The translations under genes and the position numbers were made by a program. The notes beneath the pieces are model-generated. The model was not told the origin of the DNA. It ran no database searches and saw nothing but the letters and a program-made list of their open reading frames with translations. DNA of 64,000 bases from Squalus acanthias (taxonomy: Eukaryota). This document shows, piece by piece, positions 1 to 11,861 of this stretch. Location: positions 120,034,001 through 120,098,000 of the forward strand of contig CM059432.1 in NCBI GenBank assembly GCA_030390025.1, read 5' to 3'. Within the stretch, counting starts at the first letter, position 1; each line of letters starts with the position of its first letter.

Positions 1-1008
1 ATATTTTCCGCCAGCTTGCTTTCGTAAGCTATTTTGCCCTTCTTGATTAAGCCCTTTGCCCTCCTTTGCTCTATCTTAAACTGTTCCCAATCTTCCGCTC
101 TGGCGCGTTTTTTGGCTATTTTATACGCCCTATCTTTGGATTTTATGCTGTCTCTAATTTCCCCTGTTATCCACGGTTGAGTCACCTTTTTAGATTTCCT
201 TTTATGCCAGATTGGTATAAACAATTTTTGCAATTTTGTCATTCTATCTTTAAATGCTTGCCATTGTTTATCTACCTCCAGTCCTCCCAGGAACGTTGTC
301 CAATCAGACCTACTCAGTTCCCGTCTAATGGCATCATAATTCCCCTTGTTTAAATTCAGGACCTGAGTCTCTGAGTCAATTTCTTCGCTCTCCATTTCGA
401 GTGAGAAATCGATCATGTTATGATCGCTCTGACCCAAGGGTCCCCGTACAACAAGATTACTAATTAGTCCCTTCTCATTGCACAGTACCCAGTCCAATAT
501 AGCCTGTTCCCGAGTTGGTTCCTCGACATATTGATCCAGATAACCATCCCTTAAACACTCAAGGAATTCCTCCTCCTCATTATTTTTACTGATTAGGCTA
601 GTCCAATCTATATGTAAGTTAAAGTCACCTATGATGACAGCTGTGCTCTTATTGCACGCTTCTCTAATTTCCCTCGTGATGCCCTCCCCAACCTCTATTT
701 TACTATTTGGAGGCCTATATACCACTCCTATTAATGTTTTTCGCCCCTCGCTATTTCTTAGCTCCACCCATATAGATTCTGTATTAACTGAGTTAATATC
801 CTTCCTTTCAATTGCATTTATCCCCTCTTTTACCAGCAATGCTACCCCTCCTCCCTTTCTTTTTTGTCGGTCCTTCCTAAATACTGAATACCCCTGTATG
901 TTAAGCTCCCAGCCCTGCTCACCCTGCAACCATGTTTCCGTAATCCCAATTAGATCATAATTATTAACCTCTATTTCCACAGCTAATTCATCTACCTTGT
1001 TCCTGATG
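1..1008 (-). mobile_element. CR1 LINE ORF2 fragment (APE endonuclease and linker region), runs off window start
   Basis: The + ORF 631..960 (LLFGGLYTTP...SNATPPPF...NHVSVIPI) is the antisense shadow of a CR1 endonuclease (ITETW...GGGVAL...GVVYRPPNS), the same pattern as 6015..6242 and 46808..47095. Confidence 0.85.
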
Positions 1009-1308
1009 CTTGTGCCTTGTAGATGGTGAAAAGGCTTTGGGGAGTCAGGAGGTGAGACACTCACCACAGAATACCCAGCCTCTGACCTGCTCTTTTTGCC
1101 ACAGTATTTATGTGGCTGGTCCAATTAAGTTTCTGGTCAATGATGACCCCCAGGATGTTGATGGTGGGGGATTCGACGATGGTACTGCTGTTGAATGTCA
1201 AGGGGCGGTGGTTAGAAGCTTGCTTGTTGGAGATAGTCATTGCCTGGCACTTGTGTGGCGTGAATGTTACCTGCCACTTATCAGCCCAAGCCTGAACATC
1301 GTCCATTA
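1009..1308 (-). mobile_element. Non-LTR retrotransposon (CR1/L2 group) RT C-terminal fragment
   Basis: ORF 1061..1306 reads VQAWADKWQVTFTPHKC...ILGVIIDQKLNWTSHINTV, the post-RT thumb region of a LINE. Confidence 0.8.
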
Positions 1309-1814
1309 TGAGGCAGGAGCTTCAATGTATCACGGCTTATTCTAGGGTGATGGTAAATTTATTGATGATTAGTATATAAAGCCAAAATAAAACCATTATC
1401 ATTCTTTTGCAAATCATTTTGAAACTAGAACGCTTGTTTTCAATGTGATTTGCATCATGCTATAATTTCTTTCCACAAAATATTTTCAGAAAAACCTAAA
1501 TTTTTTAAAGAGGCATTTTTTACGCCATGTTAGCTGTTGAAGAATTGCACATTGAAGCAGAATCACGGTCTATTGTAATGCAGCTTATGAAAACTGTTTA
1601 AGAACTTTTTCAAACGTATTTTTTGTTCACAGTGATAATTGATGTTAAAAGCATCACAGCAATCATTTTCTAAGAGCACGTTGTAATATTAATAAAGGCA
1701 GGTTTGTGTTGGGAGCGATTTCAGTTTGAGGCAGTTGGCCATTTAGCCATTTTTTTATACAAAGGCACAGTGCTTTTTGTCGGATTTGTCTCTTCTTTTT
1801 CTTACTCTTTCTCT

Positions 1815-2772
1815 GGGGGGATCTTTTGACATTGGGTGAAAGTGTAAAACGGGCGATATCGATTTATCCTCCTGTTATGCTTCTCTCCTGATTTTAATTT
1901 CCATTGAATAGGAAATGAAAATCAGGAGAGATGTATAGGGGGAAAAATTCAGCTGCTTGCGCCTCCCGTTAGCGCCTTAAGAGGGCGCTAATGGGGCGTA
2001 AAGCAGCTAACGCCTGGGCGCAGCGCCGCCCACGCCTCCCGAAAAATTTAGTGGGAGGTTAGCGGCGGCAGCCGCCGGTAGCGCCCTGTGGCGCTGCGCC
2101 GCCGGCGATGACGTCATCGCCGTGCGCAGCACCCCGCTCGCGCCCCGGCCGTGATCTTCAGTCGCGCCCCCTGATTTACCGCCAGACGCTATGTCCGACG
2201 GGTTCAGGGAGGCGTACGTGCGGCCGGGGCGGCGATATTTAAAGGGGAGGTGGCAGGCGGCCATTTTTGTTGCTGGCCGCCTGCCAGCACCTGCCCCCGT
2301 TGCTGTCCCCGGCCCCCGTGAAGCCCCCCCCACCGTGAAGTGCCGGCTGCGCTCCAAGAGCCCGGCACTTCTCTTGAGTGCTGGGCTCTTTTGCCGGCAC
2401 TCCCGATCCCTGGGGGCCCAGCTGGGCCCCGGTTCGCGCTGCGCAGGGTCCCTCCCCTTTAAGAAGGGGAGGAAGGCCTGCAATACCGCGGCGCGACGTG
2501 CCACAGCGCGTGGCGCTGCGGCACGTAGCGCCAGGATATTCACTCGCAGCGCCCCAAGAGGGATGCGGGGTGCTTCCAGTGGCGCCTCGCTTCCCTCTTG
2601 GGGCGCAACCACTGAAGTTCCGGCGCGGGGCCGCTAATTTTTTCGGGGCGCTAAAAGTCGCGCCCCGGCGAGGTTAGCGCCCCAAATGGGGTGCGACTCA
2701 ATTTTTACCCCATAATGTGCAGCTGAATGGATATCGCCTGTTTTACACCATCACCCAAAGACAAAACTACTT
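1815..2772. mobile_element. Old palindromic (hairpin) MITE split by a younger MITE insertion
   Basis: Left arm ttttgacattgggtgaaagtgtaaaacgggcgatatc is the inverted complement of right arm gatatcgcctgttttacaccatcacccaaagacaaaa. The centre tctctcctgatttt...aaaatcaggagaga is also palindromic. Confidence 0.65.
1938..2711. mobile_element. GC-rich non-autonomous PIF/Harbinger-type element (MITE)
   Basis: TIRs GGGGGAAAAATTCAG / GGGGTAAAAATTGAG (revcomp); 3-bp TSD ATA at 1935-1937 and 2712-2714; repeated subterminal TTAGCGCC/GGCGCTAA motifs. Confidence 0.85.
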
Positions 2773-3657
2773 GGGGGAAAAATTCAGTTGGTTGCGCCTC
2801 CCGTTAGCGCCTTAAGAGGGCGCTAATGGGGTGCAAAGCATCTAGCGCCCAGGCGCAGCGATGTTTGCGCCGCTCATGAAATTAATTAGACATTTTGCGG
2901 CGTCGCTAAACACTACTGCCACGATCTCCTGCGCCGGCAGATCGTGATGTCAGTCGAGTGCACAACGCCCCGGTATCGCCCCGGAGCGGATATTGAGTGG
3001 CGCCCCCTGCCTTACCGCCTGCCGCTAGCAACGACAGGTTGAGGGGAGCGTTTTGCAGTCATGAAGGGACTGGGGGAGCACTATTTAAAGGCGACCGCTT
3101 CCTGCCTTTTATTGTTGGTGACATTTTTGAACCACGCATTCTGAGAGAGAGACTTCTGGAGAGATTCAACGCTGTGTGAAGGAGTTTTGGGTACTGAGCA
3201 GCACTTTGCAGGTTCATTTTGATTTGCCCTTCCTTGTATCGATTTAGAAGAGACTGTGGGGGCTGCACTCTGAGCTCTTTCCCTGGTACTCTCTATTGTT
3301 CTTTCCAGCAGATTTGATGTGCAGGTCTCTCCAGGCCAAGATTCAAGGCTGCAATGAGCAGGATGTGGATGGAAAGCAAGATCAACTATCCCCTTTAAGA
3401 ACTGGCCCGCGCCATTGTGTGTGTGTTCCATTGCTGACTGACATCACATGAGCTTCGCCAGGGCTCTGAGGTAGCGCCTCGCTCCTCGGCCTTTGTGCCT
3501 TAAGACGGGTGTGAAGCGTCTGATTTAGCGCTCCAATCACCTCCAGGGGCGATAAAAGTCAAGTTTGCAGTCGGTGGCGATAATTAGCTCCAGGCGCTAA
3601 TCTTTGCGCCCGGCCAATAATTGCGCCTCAAATGGGGCGATACTGAATTTCTCCCCC
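2773..3657. mobile_element. GC-rich non-autonomous PIF/Harbinger-type element (MITE), same family as 60785-61677
   Basis: TIRs GGGGGAAAAATTCAG / GGGGGAGAAATTCAG; TSD CTT at 2770-2772 and 3658-3660; colinear with 60785-61677. Confidence 0.85.
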
Positions 3658-4109
3658 CTTCTGTCTCTTGCTCATGTGCTCATGCTCCTGCTCTCTACTG
3701 CTCCCTAAGAATGTCACTGCAAGATAGTGACAAACTGTCTGTTCCTTACAATTCTGCCATTCACTGATGGGAATTGCAGAGCAAGCATGTACATGCTAAA
3801 TGAAGCATTGCCTTCAAGGTGAAATATTACTATGTGTTCCCATTCAATACTAAATGTAACTGTTCAGTATAACCTTGGCACCAATATCGCTACTCAATGT
3901 CGATCAATGCTTTGGCACCAGATTAATTTACTTCATTCAGTCACAGGAAACCATTATCAGTGATGCTGAATAAATATCTCGCTCGTTATTGTGACATGCT
4001 TCCAAGATGCCATTTTCAACACAAAATCACACACAAGCGATGCACTTAGGTATTTCAATGTGATTTATGTCATGCCATCTTTTTTTTGGAAATAATGTTT
4101 TTCAGAAAT

Positions 4110-4320
4110 GGGTACAGTAGTTGTTACGGTCTAATAAATGTTATGAATAATCCAGAGACATGAGAGTTCAAATCCCACCATGGCAGTTTGAAAATCTGAA
4201 TTTAGTTTAAAAAAGAATTGAAATAAAAAGCTGGTATCAGTAAAAGTGACCATGAGGCTGTTCGATTGTCATAAAAATTCAACTGGTTTCCTTTAGTGAA
4301 GGAAATCTGTCGCCCTTACC
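4110..4320 (+). mobile_element. Degenerate tRNA-derived SINE, 5' part (3' part resumes at about 8806-8858 after the CR1 insertion)
   Basis: B-box-like gagttcaaatccc and body ...aaggaaatctgtcgcccttacc. The tail gccagcgacatccacattccatgaatgaataa after the CR1 resembles the LINE 3' end at about 41004-41040. Confidence 0.6.
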
Positions 4321-4700
4321 CGGCGGACCTGGGTGGAGTGGCTGCGGCGAGGCGGAGGACTCAAGAGGCGGCGGCGACCAGGTAGGCCCACAGAGGCGGC
4401 GGACCTGGGTGGAGCGGCTGCGGCGAGGCGGAGGAGTCAAGAGGCGGCGGCGACCAGGTAGGCCCACAGAGGCGGCGGACCTGGGTAGAGCGGCTGCGGC
4501 GAGGCGGAGGACTCAAGAGGCGGCGGCGACCAGGTAGGCCCACAGAGGCGGCAGACCTGGGTGGAGCGGCTGCGGCGAGGCGGAGGACTCAAGAGGCGGC
4601 GGCGACCAGGTAGGCCCACAGAGGCGGCGGACCTGGGTGGAGCGGCTGCGGCGAGGCGGAGGAGTCAAGAGGCGGCGGCGACCAGGTAGGCCCACAGAGG
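4321..4700 (+). repeat. Five head-to-tail copies of a 76-bp CpG-rich unit forming the CR1 5' end
   Basis: Units start at 4321, 4397, 4473, 4549 and 4625; consensus cggcggacctgggtggagcggctgcggcgaggcggaggastcaagaggcggcggcgaccaggtaggcccacagagg; 1-2 substitutions per unit. Confidence 0.95.
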
Positions 4701-4897
4701 CTTTTAAAGTGCGGGAAGCAGTGGTTGCTGGGTAGGTGATTAATTTTTACCTGTATATAAGTTGGGCGGTTCCTAAACCCGAGACACTACACTTGTAGTG
4801 TCCCCCACCCTTCCTCCTCCTCTAACCTAAAGGAGGTGAGTGACTATCAGGTAAGCTCTTTTTTGTTCTAGTTTAATCTGCAAGTTAGCTGGAGGGG

Positions 4898-5824
4898 ATG
4901 GCAGGGGAGGCAGTGAAATGTTCCTCCTGCAGAATGTTTGAGGTGAGGGACGCCGTAGGTGTCCCTGCTGATTACACCTGTGGGAAGTGCACCCATCTCC
5001 AGCTCCTCGAAAACCGTGTTAGGGAACTGGAGCTGGAGCTGGATGAACTTCGGATCATTCGGGAGGCAGAGGAGGTCATAGATAGAAGCTTCAGGGATGT
5101 AATTACTCCAAAGCATGAAGATAGATGGGTGACGGTGAGAGGGGCTAGGAGGAAGCAGTCAGTGCAGGGATCCTCTGTGGTCGTTCCCCTCAGTAACAGG
5201 TATACCACTTTGAATAATGTTGAGGGGGACGACTTACCAGTGGTAAGCCATGGTGACCGGATCTCCGGCGCTGGGTCTGTCCCTGTGGCTCAGAAGGGGA
5301 AGGGGGAGAGCAGGAGAGCAATAGTTATTGGGGACTCAATAGTCAGAGGGACAGATAGGAGGTTCTGTGGCAGCAAAAGAGACTCACGGATGGTATGTTG
5401 CCTCCCGGGTGCCAGGGTCCGTGACGTCTCGGACCGTGTTTTCAGAATCCTCAAAGGAGAGGGGGAACAATCACAAGTCGTGGTACACATCGGTACCAAC
5501 GACATAGGTAGGAGAAGGGACGGGGATTTAAAACAGGAATTTAGGGAGCTAGGTTGGAAGCTGAGAGCCAGTACAAACCATGTTGTAATTTCTGGTTTGT
5601 TGCCGGTGCCACGTGCTAGCGAGTTGAGGAACAGGGAGAGAGTGCAGATAAACACGTGGCTGCAGGGATGGTGTAGCGGGGAGGGTTTCAGTTATGTGGA
5701 TAATTGGAGCACATTCTGGGGAAGGTGGGACCTGTACAAACAGGACGGTTTGCACCTGAACCAGAGGGGCACCAATATCCTGGGAGGGAAATTTGCTACG
5801 GCTCTTCGGGGGGGTTTAAACTAA
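4898..5824 (+). CDS. CR1 ORF1 protein (Cys-finger, coiled coil, SGNH/GDSL esterase domain), 308 aa, uninterrupted
   Basis: CSSCRM...CGKC finger, heptad LQLLENRVRELELELDEL, esterase blocks VIGDSIVRG, LPGA, HIGTND and DGLHLN. Confidence 0.9.
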   Translation: MAGEAVKCSSCRMFEVRDAVGVPADYTCGKCTHLQLLENRVRELELELDELRIIREAEEVIDRSFRDVITPKHEDRWVTVRGARRKQSVQGSSVVVPLSNRYTTLNNVEGDDLPVVSHGDRISGAGSVPVAQKGKGESRRAIVIGDSIVRGTDRRFCGSKRDSRMVCCLPGARVRDVSDRVFRILKGEGEQSQVVVHIGTNDIGRRRDGDLKQEFRELGWKLRASTNHVVISGLLPVPRASELRNRERVQINTWLQGWCSGEGFSYVDNWSTFWGRWDLYKQDGLHLNQRGTNILGGKFATALRGGLN

Positions 5825-8720
5825 TTTGTCAGGGGGATGGGAAAAAGGGCTGTAGTCCAGGAGCCAGTGGTGAGTGTAGGGAGGTACTGAGGAGGGTATC
5901 AAGGTCGCAGGAATGTACCGGCAGACAGGAAGATGGCTTGAAGTGTGTCTACTTCAATGCAAGGAGCATCCGGAATAAGGTAGGAGAACTTGGAGCATGG
6001 ATTGGTACTTGGGACTACGATGTGGTGGCCATTACGGAGACATGGTTAGAACAGGGACAGGAATGGTTGTTGGAAGTTCCGGGGTATAGATGTTTCAGTA
6101 AGAGTAGGGAAGTTGGTAAGAAAGGTGGAGGAGTAGCATTGTTAATCAAGGATAGTTTAACAGCGGCAGAAAGGCAGTTCGAGGGGGATCTGCCGTCTGA
6201 GGTAATATGGGCTGAAGTTAGAAATAGGAAAGGAGCGGTCACGTTGTTAGGAGTTTTCTACAGGCCCCCAAATAGTAATAGAGATGTGGAGGAAGAAATT
6301 GCAAAGCAGATTATGAATAGGTGTGGAGGTCACAGAGTAGTTGTCATGGGTGACTTCAACTTTCCAAATATTGATTGGAACCTTTATAGGTCAAACAGTT
6401 CGGATGGGATAGTTTTTGCACAGTGTGTGCAGGAGGGTTTCCTGACACAATATGTGGATAGGCCGACAAGAGCTGGGGCCACGTTGGATTTGGTACTGGG
6501 TAATGAACCGGGCCAAGTGTTTGATTTGTATGTGGGAGAGCACTTTGGAGATAGTGACCACAATTCGGTAACTTTCACTATTGCAATGGAGAGGGATAGG
6601 GCCATACGGCAGGGCACGGTTTATAATTGGGGGAGGGGTAATTATGATGCGATTAGGCAAGAATTAGGGAGTATAAGATGGGAACAGAAACTATCAGGGA
6701 AGGCACAAACGAAAAGTGGAGCTTTTTCATGGAGCAATTACTGCGTGTCCTTGATAGGTATGTCCCTGTCAGGCAGGGAGGAAATGGCCGAGTGAGAGAA
6801 CCATGGTTCACAAAAGAGGTTGAATGTCTAGTCAAGAGGAAAAAGGAAGCGTATGTAAGGATGAGAAAACAAGGTCCAGTTGGGTCGATTGAGGGGTACA
6901 AGGTAGCAAGGAATGAGCTAAAAAAAGAGCTTAGGAGAGCTAGGAGGGGGCATGAGAAGTCCTTGGCGGGTCGGATCAAGAAAAACCCCAAGGCCTTTTA
7001 CTCTTCTGTGAGAAATAAAAGAATGACCAGGGTGAGGGTAGGGCCGGTCAAGGACAGTAGTGGGAACTTGTGCATGGAGTCAGAAGAGATAGGAGAGGTG
7101 ATGAATGAATACTTTTCGTCAGTGTTCACCGAGGAGAGGGGCCATGTTCTTGAGGATGAGAGTGTGATAAAGGTGGATAGGCTGGAGGTGGTAGATGTTC
7201 TGAGGGAAGATGTTTTAGCAATTTTGAAGAACCTGAGGGTCGATAAGTCCCCTGGGCCAGATGGGATATATCCTAGGATTCTTTGGGAGGCAAGGGAGGA
7301 GATTGCAGAGCCTCTGGCTTTGATCTTTGGGTCCTCACTGTCCACGGGAATGGTGCCAGAGGACTGGAGAGTGGCGAATGTTGTTCCTCTCTTCAAGAAA
7401 GGAAATAGGAATGACCCTGGTAATTATAGGCCGGTTAGTCTTACTTCGGTGGTTGGTAAGATAATGGAAAAGGTCCTGAGGGATAGGATTTATGACCATT
7501 TGGAAAGGGGCAACTTAATCAGGGAAAGTCAACACGGATTCGTGAAGGGTAAGTCTTGCCTAACAAATTTGATTGAATTCTTTGAGGAGGTAACTAAGTG
7601 TGTAGATGAAGGTAGAGCAGTTGATGTCGTATACATGGATTTTAGTAAGGCGTTTGATAAGGTTCCCCATGGTCGGCTCATGAAGAAAGTAAGGAGTTGT
7701 GGGATAGAGGGAAATTTGGCCAATTGGATAAGTAACTGGCTATCTCATAGAAGGCAGAGGGTGGTGGTGGATGGAACATTTTCGGACTGGAGACCAGTTA
7801 CCAGCGGTGTGCCACAGGGGTCGGTGCTGGGTCCTCTGCTGTTTGTGATTTTTATCAATGACTTGGAGGAGGGGACTGAAGGGTGGATCAGTAAATTTGC
7901 TGATGACACCAAGATTGGTGGAGCAGTGGATGAGGTGGAGGGCTGTTGTAGGCTGCAAAGAGACATTGATAGGATGCAGAGCTGGGCCGAAAAATGGCAG
8001 ATGGAATTTAACCCTGATAAGTGCGAGGTGATTCATTTTGGTAGGGCAAATTTGAATAAGGATTACAGGGTCAACGGCAGGGTTCTGAGGAACGTGGAGG
8101 AGCAGAGGGATCTGGGGGTTCATATCCACAGATCTCTGAAGGTTGCCACTCAAGTGGATAGAGCAGTAAAGAAGGCCTATGGTGTGTTGGCGTTTATTAA
8201 CAGAGGGTTTGAGTTTAAGAACCGTGAGGTTATGCTGCAACTGTACAGGACCTTGGTGAGACCACATTTGGAATATTGTGTGCAGTTCTGGTCACCTCAC
8301 TATAGGAAGGACGTGGAAGCATTGGAAAGAGTGCAAAGGAGATTTACCAGGATGCTGCCTGGTTTGAGGGGGAGGTCTTATGAGGAAAGATTGAGGGAGT
8401 TGGGGCTTTTCTCTTTAGAGCGGAGGAGGATGAGAGGCGACTTAATAGAGGTTTATAAGATGATGAGGGGGATAGATAGAGTGGATGTTCAGAGACTATT
8501 TCCTCGGGTAGAGGCAGCTGTTACAAGGGGGCATAACTATAAGGTGCATGGGGGGAGATATAGAAGGGATGTCCGAGGTAGATTCTTTACTCAGAGAGTG
8601 GTTGGGGTGTGGAATGGACTGCCTGCTGTGATAGTGGAGTCGGACACTTTAGGAACTTTCAAGCGGTTATTGGATAAGCACATGGAGCACACCAGAGTGA
8701 TAGGGAGTGTGTTAGCTTGA
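5821..8720 (+). pseudogene. CR1 ORF2 (APE endonuclease + reverse transcriptase) with one frameshift near 6700
   Basis: EN motifs NARSIRNK, ITETW, YRPP, GDFN and SDH in ORF 5704..6795; RT motifs [25 protein letters not shown] and FADD in ORF 6678..8720. The frames join if one A is restored in gggaaggcaca (LSGK-GTNEKW). Confidence 0.9.
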
Positions 8721-10268
8721 TCTTGGTCTCGGACAATGCTCGGCACAACATTGAGGGCCGAAGGGCCTGTACTGTGCTGTACTGTTCTATGTTTCTATGT
8801 TTCTATGTGACTCTGAAGTGTCATAGCCAGCGACATCCACATTCCATGAATGAATAAGATTCATTTTGTTAATAAAATATTGGTCTAGATTTAACAAATC
8901 TATCAGGAATTCCAATGGATTGGTGGTGAGGTGGGCATTGCCCTCACCTATCTCATTCCACCCTAACCCTGGCAGATTTTCTGGGACCAGGCTAGTTATG
9001 ATAAATGTGCCAGATTCCTGGCAGCATATCTGGTCCAGGGAAATTATCTAGATTGGGTAGGGGGGTGGGGTGGGAAGAAAATCACTGGGGCATTTACCAC
9101 TTCGCAGCAGGTCCGACGGTGCTGGTTGATGAGAAAATTTTGAGTTTTAACAATTTTAACCAAAAATTTGCCCATCTACATGTACAATCAATTGCTCTGT
9201 GATCGATTGCACCAGGCTCTGAGGCCTTTACATTTGAAATCTCCCCTCCACTTCCTTAAGAACACCAGACATCAGGAGTGCAATGGCATTTCTCATATCT
9301 GGATTTGCTAAGGCATTAGTGATTGAAAATACGCTCGATGATGCTTTTCCAAGAATATTTAATTTGAATCGGCCGATATGCATTCAGTGTCTTCCATGGC
9401 TTCCAATGGGAAATTCCAGGAGTGGCAGGAAAGGCTGGGGAGTCCATAGAGCAGCTTCCCCATTCCCCCCCAATCTCCCACACCCTCCTTTCCTGAAAGT
9501 GCCCCAAAAAAGGTACAAAATCAAACATTCAGAAAATCCAGGCCCCGATCTGTTATTAGAAAAGGGGTAGGGATATGCTTTGAAGCTGCTGCACCATGTT
9601 GCCTGTTGTGACTTTCAGCAAAAAAACAGTTTCTAGGACGTACACACCCGCTGAGCAATATTGCTTGAAAGGAGGGCAGGGTGGAGATTTAGAAGAGAAG
9701 GTCAGTGCACCTGATTCGCGGCATTGCTGAATTTCCAGCCATTAAAATGAAAATCAGGATTGTGGCAAAGGCAGGGGCAATGGCCTCTCCATCCAATTCT
9801 CCTACCCACAGTCCTGTCAAGTGAGACCAGGGAGCGGAGGCTTTGAATATTTACCCTTGTACCCTTGTGATGCAGTTTATGAGAAGAGTTTTAAAGGTTT
9901 CTTTTAACGTATTTTTCCATTTGTAGTGACATGTATGAGAAGTAAATCATCTCCTCCATCTTACTCCACACATAAAAAAGGTAGCCATGTCCGAGCAAAT
10001 GAAGGGTAATGCAAAAGCACATGGAACACAACAGAATCATATTTTCCACAGAGGTCGGTCAGTCTTCGAGTTCCTCTCTCTCCTGCAGGCCCCCACATAA
10101 AACACATGAGCCTAGGATTTCCAGCTCTTTCTACCACCATCTTTCTGATGGATCTGAACCACATGTGCTGATAGACATGATCAACATTGTCCCAACATCT
10201 TCCCCCTTTTTCAAAAGGTGTGCTCAGTGGAATCAAATCCATTGGTTCCTATATGAACAGGCACATAC

Positions 10269-10738
10269 AAGAAAAGAAAAACCTCCATTTATATAGCGCC
10301 TTTCACGACCTCTGGGCGTCCCAAAGCGGTTACAGTCAAAAAGGTACTTTTGAAGTGTTGTCATTGTTGTAATGTAGGAAATGCGGCAGCCAATTTGTGC
10401 ACAGCAATGTGATAATGACCGAGGTAATTTGTTTTTGTTATGTTGATTGAGGGATAAATATTGGCCCAGGACACAAGGGATAACTCCCCTGCTCTTCTTC
10501 GAAAGAGTGCTATGGGAACTTTTACGTCCACCTGTGAGAGCAGACGGGGCCTCGCTTTAATGTCTCATCTGAAAGATGGCACCTCACACAGTGCAGCACT
10601 CCCTCGGTACTGCACTCCCTCAGTACTGCACTGGACTGTCAGCCTAGATTTTTATGCTCAAGTCTCTGGAGTGGGACTTGAACCCACAACCTTCTGATTC
10701 AGAGGCGAGAGTGCTACCCACTGAGCCAAGGCTGACAC
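10269..10738 (-). mobile_element. tRNA-derived Deu-domain SINE (SacSINE1-like)
   Basis: Reverse complement of the SINE at 30593-31060: A/B boxes, Deu-like core, and tail aaaggcgctatataaat. Confidence 0.85.
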
Positions 10739-11042
10739 AAGTCAGATTATAATGAGGAAAACACGATCGCTGCCATATTCCTGCTATTCTCCCTTTTGAA
10801 CCCTCACCAGGGCTGCCTGTTAAGCCCTGCCACCCAATGTTCAAAGGCTGGTGGAGGGGGCTTCTGATTCTTTTCCTCTGAGGGGTCTTTGCAATTAATC
10901 TCTGAGCATGGCACGTACAGGCTTCTGGGGCACGATTAAAACATGTTCACAAAAAAAAATGTCCTGATTTTTCAGGCATTGTGAAGGCTGCTTTCTTTCT
11001 CCCACTGTGACAGGTCCCGATGTTCCCAGTCTCAGTTTGGCT

Positions 11043-11088
11043 TGACTTCCCACTGGAAGTTGGGGAGCCAGCCTCCAGTGGGAAGTCA
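11043..11088. repeat. Perfect 15-bp inverted repeat, probably the core of a decayed hairpin MITE
   Basis: tgacttcccactgga (11043-11057) pairs with tccagtgggaagtca (11074-11088). Confidence 0.6.
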
Positions 11089-11328
11089 GGTGGGGTCAGA
11101 GGGGAATGTCAATAGTGGGTGGACATTCTGCCCTGCCAGAGATGGGCCACTATCAAAGTCTAAAGAGTTCTGTCATTCTCATGATACAGAGTATAGGAGA
11201 AATCCATCAGTAAGCTTTATGATGGTACATTACTATTTGCAGATTAATATGCTTCTAAATTGAATTATGAAAAATTCTTACCTATCCCAAGTCAACAATT
11301 AAAAAAAAAGTGTATCCTTGATAGGACA

Positions 11329-11589
11329 GGCCTGAATCTTAGTCTTAAACAATATTTCTGATAATATATGCCTGTATTACACTTTTCTTGGATGATGGCT
11401 GAACCTTTTTGCTTTGCTTTGGATAAATTGCCGTACTCTCAGTGACCCGAGTGCTGTAACATGGTTTTGACAGACCTGCGGAGCACTCGTAGTTCTCCTT
11501 AATAATATCTGACAATTAAGTTACCTGAACTGAGTTTTACCCTCACCTTTCTCTCTGCTTGCTGTTCTTTTCGTACCTTTCTTGCATGT
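11329..11589. repeat. Copy 1 of an unclassified ~260-bp duplicated segment (copy 2 at 17479-17742)
   Basis: Direct alignment by eye, roughly 90% identical. Confidence 0.9.
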
Positions 11590-11861
11590 CATCGAAAATT
11601 TCCCACTCCTCTCTCATCCAGTCCATGGTGCTGAAATTCTCCTCAGCTGTAGGTCTCTCCAATATATTTCAATCTTTTCCAAAAATAATTCCAGCTTGGT
11701 GTATGTCTCTGTTACAATTTTCACAGGTCTACAGTAGATATTCCTTTGGGATTCCTGTCATCAGTCATTCCTGTAAGTGGTCCTCGTGGCCTCGACAACC
11801 TGGAATGCACCTTTGCTCACAATATTAAGTGAAGCTACAGCATGACACAGGGCTCATAAGA

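Larger units (their letters stand above)
4321..8806 (+). mobile_element. Full-length CR1 LINE (5' tandem array, ORF1, ORF2, 3' UTR, microsatellite tail)
   Basis: 5' UTR, 308-aa ORF1, EN-RT ORF2, 3' UTR gggccgaagggcctgtactgtgctgtac and (TTCTATGT)n tail. Confidence 0.95.

Noticed and set aside
2007..3431. Long GC-rich ORFs on both strands (also 60899-61451)
   Set aside because: They lie within MITEs, show no domain signature and reflect stop-codon scarcity.
4321..4700. CRISPR-like array, or the four repeated 60-aa minus-strand ORFs as peptides
   Set aside because: The units are contiguous with no unique spacers and there are no cas genes; the ORFs are by-products of the 76-bp tandem repeat.
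4745..4840. HDV-like ribozyme in the CR1 leader
   Set aside because: ggt-tcctaa-acc resembles P3/L3, but I could not build consistent P1 and P2 pairings.
4972..8267. Minus-strand ORFs overlapping CR1 (and equivalents at 20075-21307 and 46808-49522)
   Set aside because: They are antisense shadows of LINE coding sequence.
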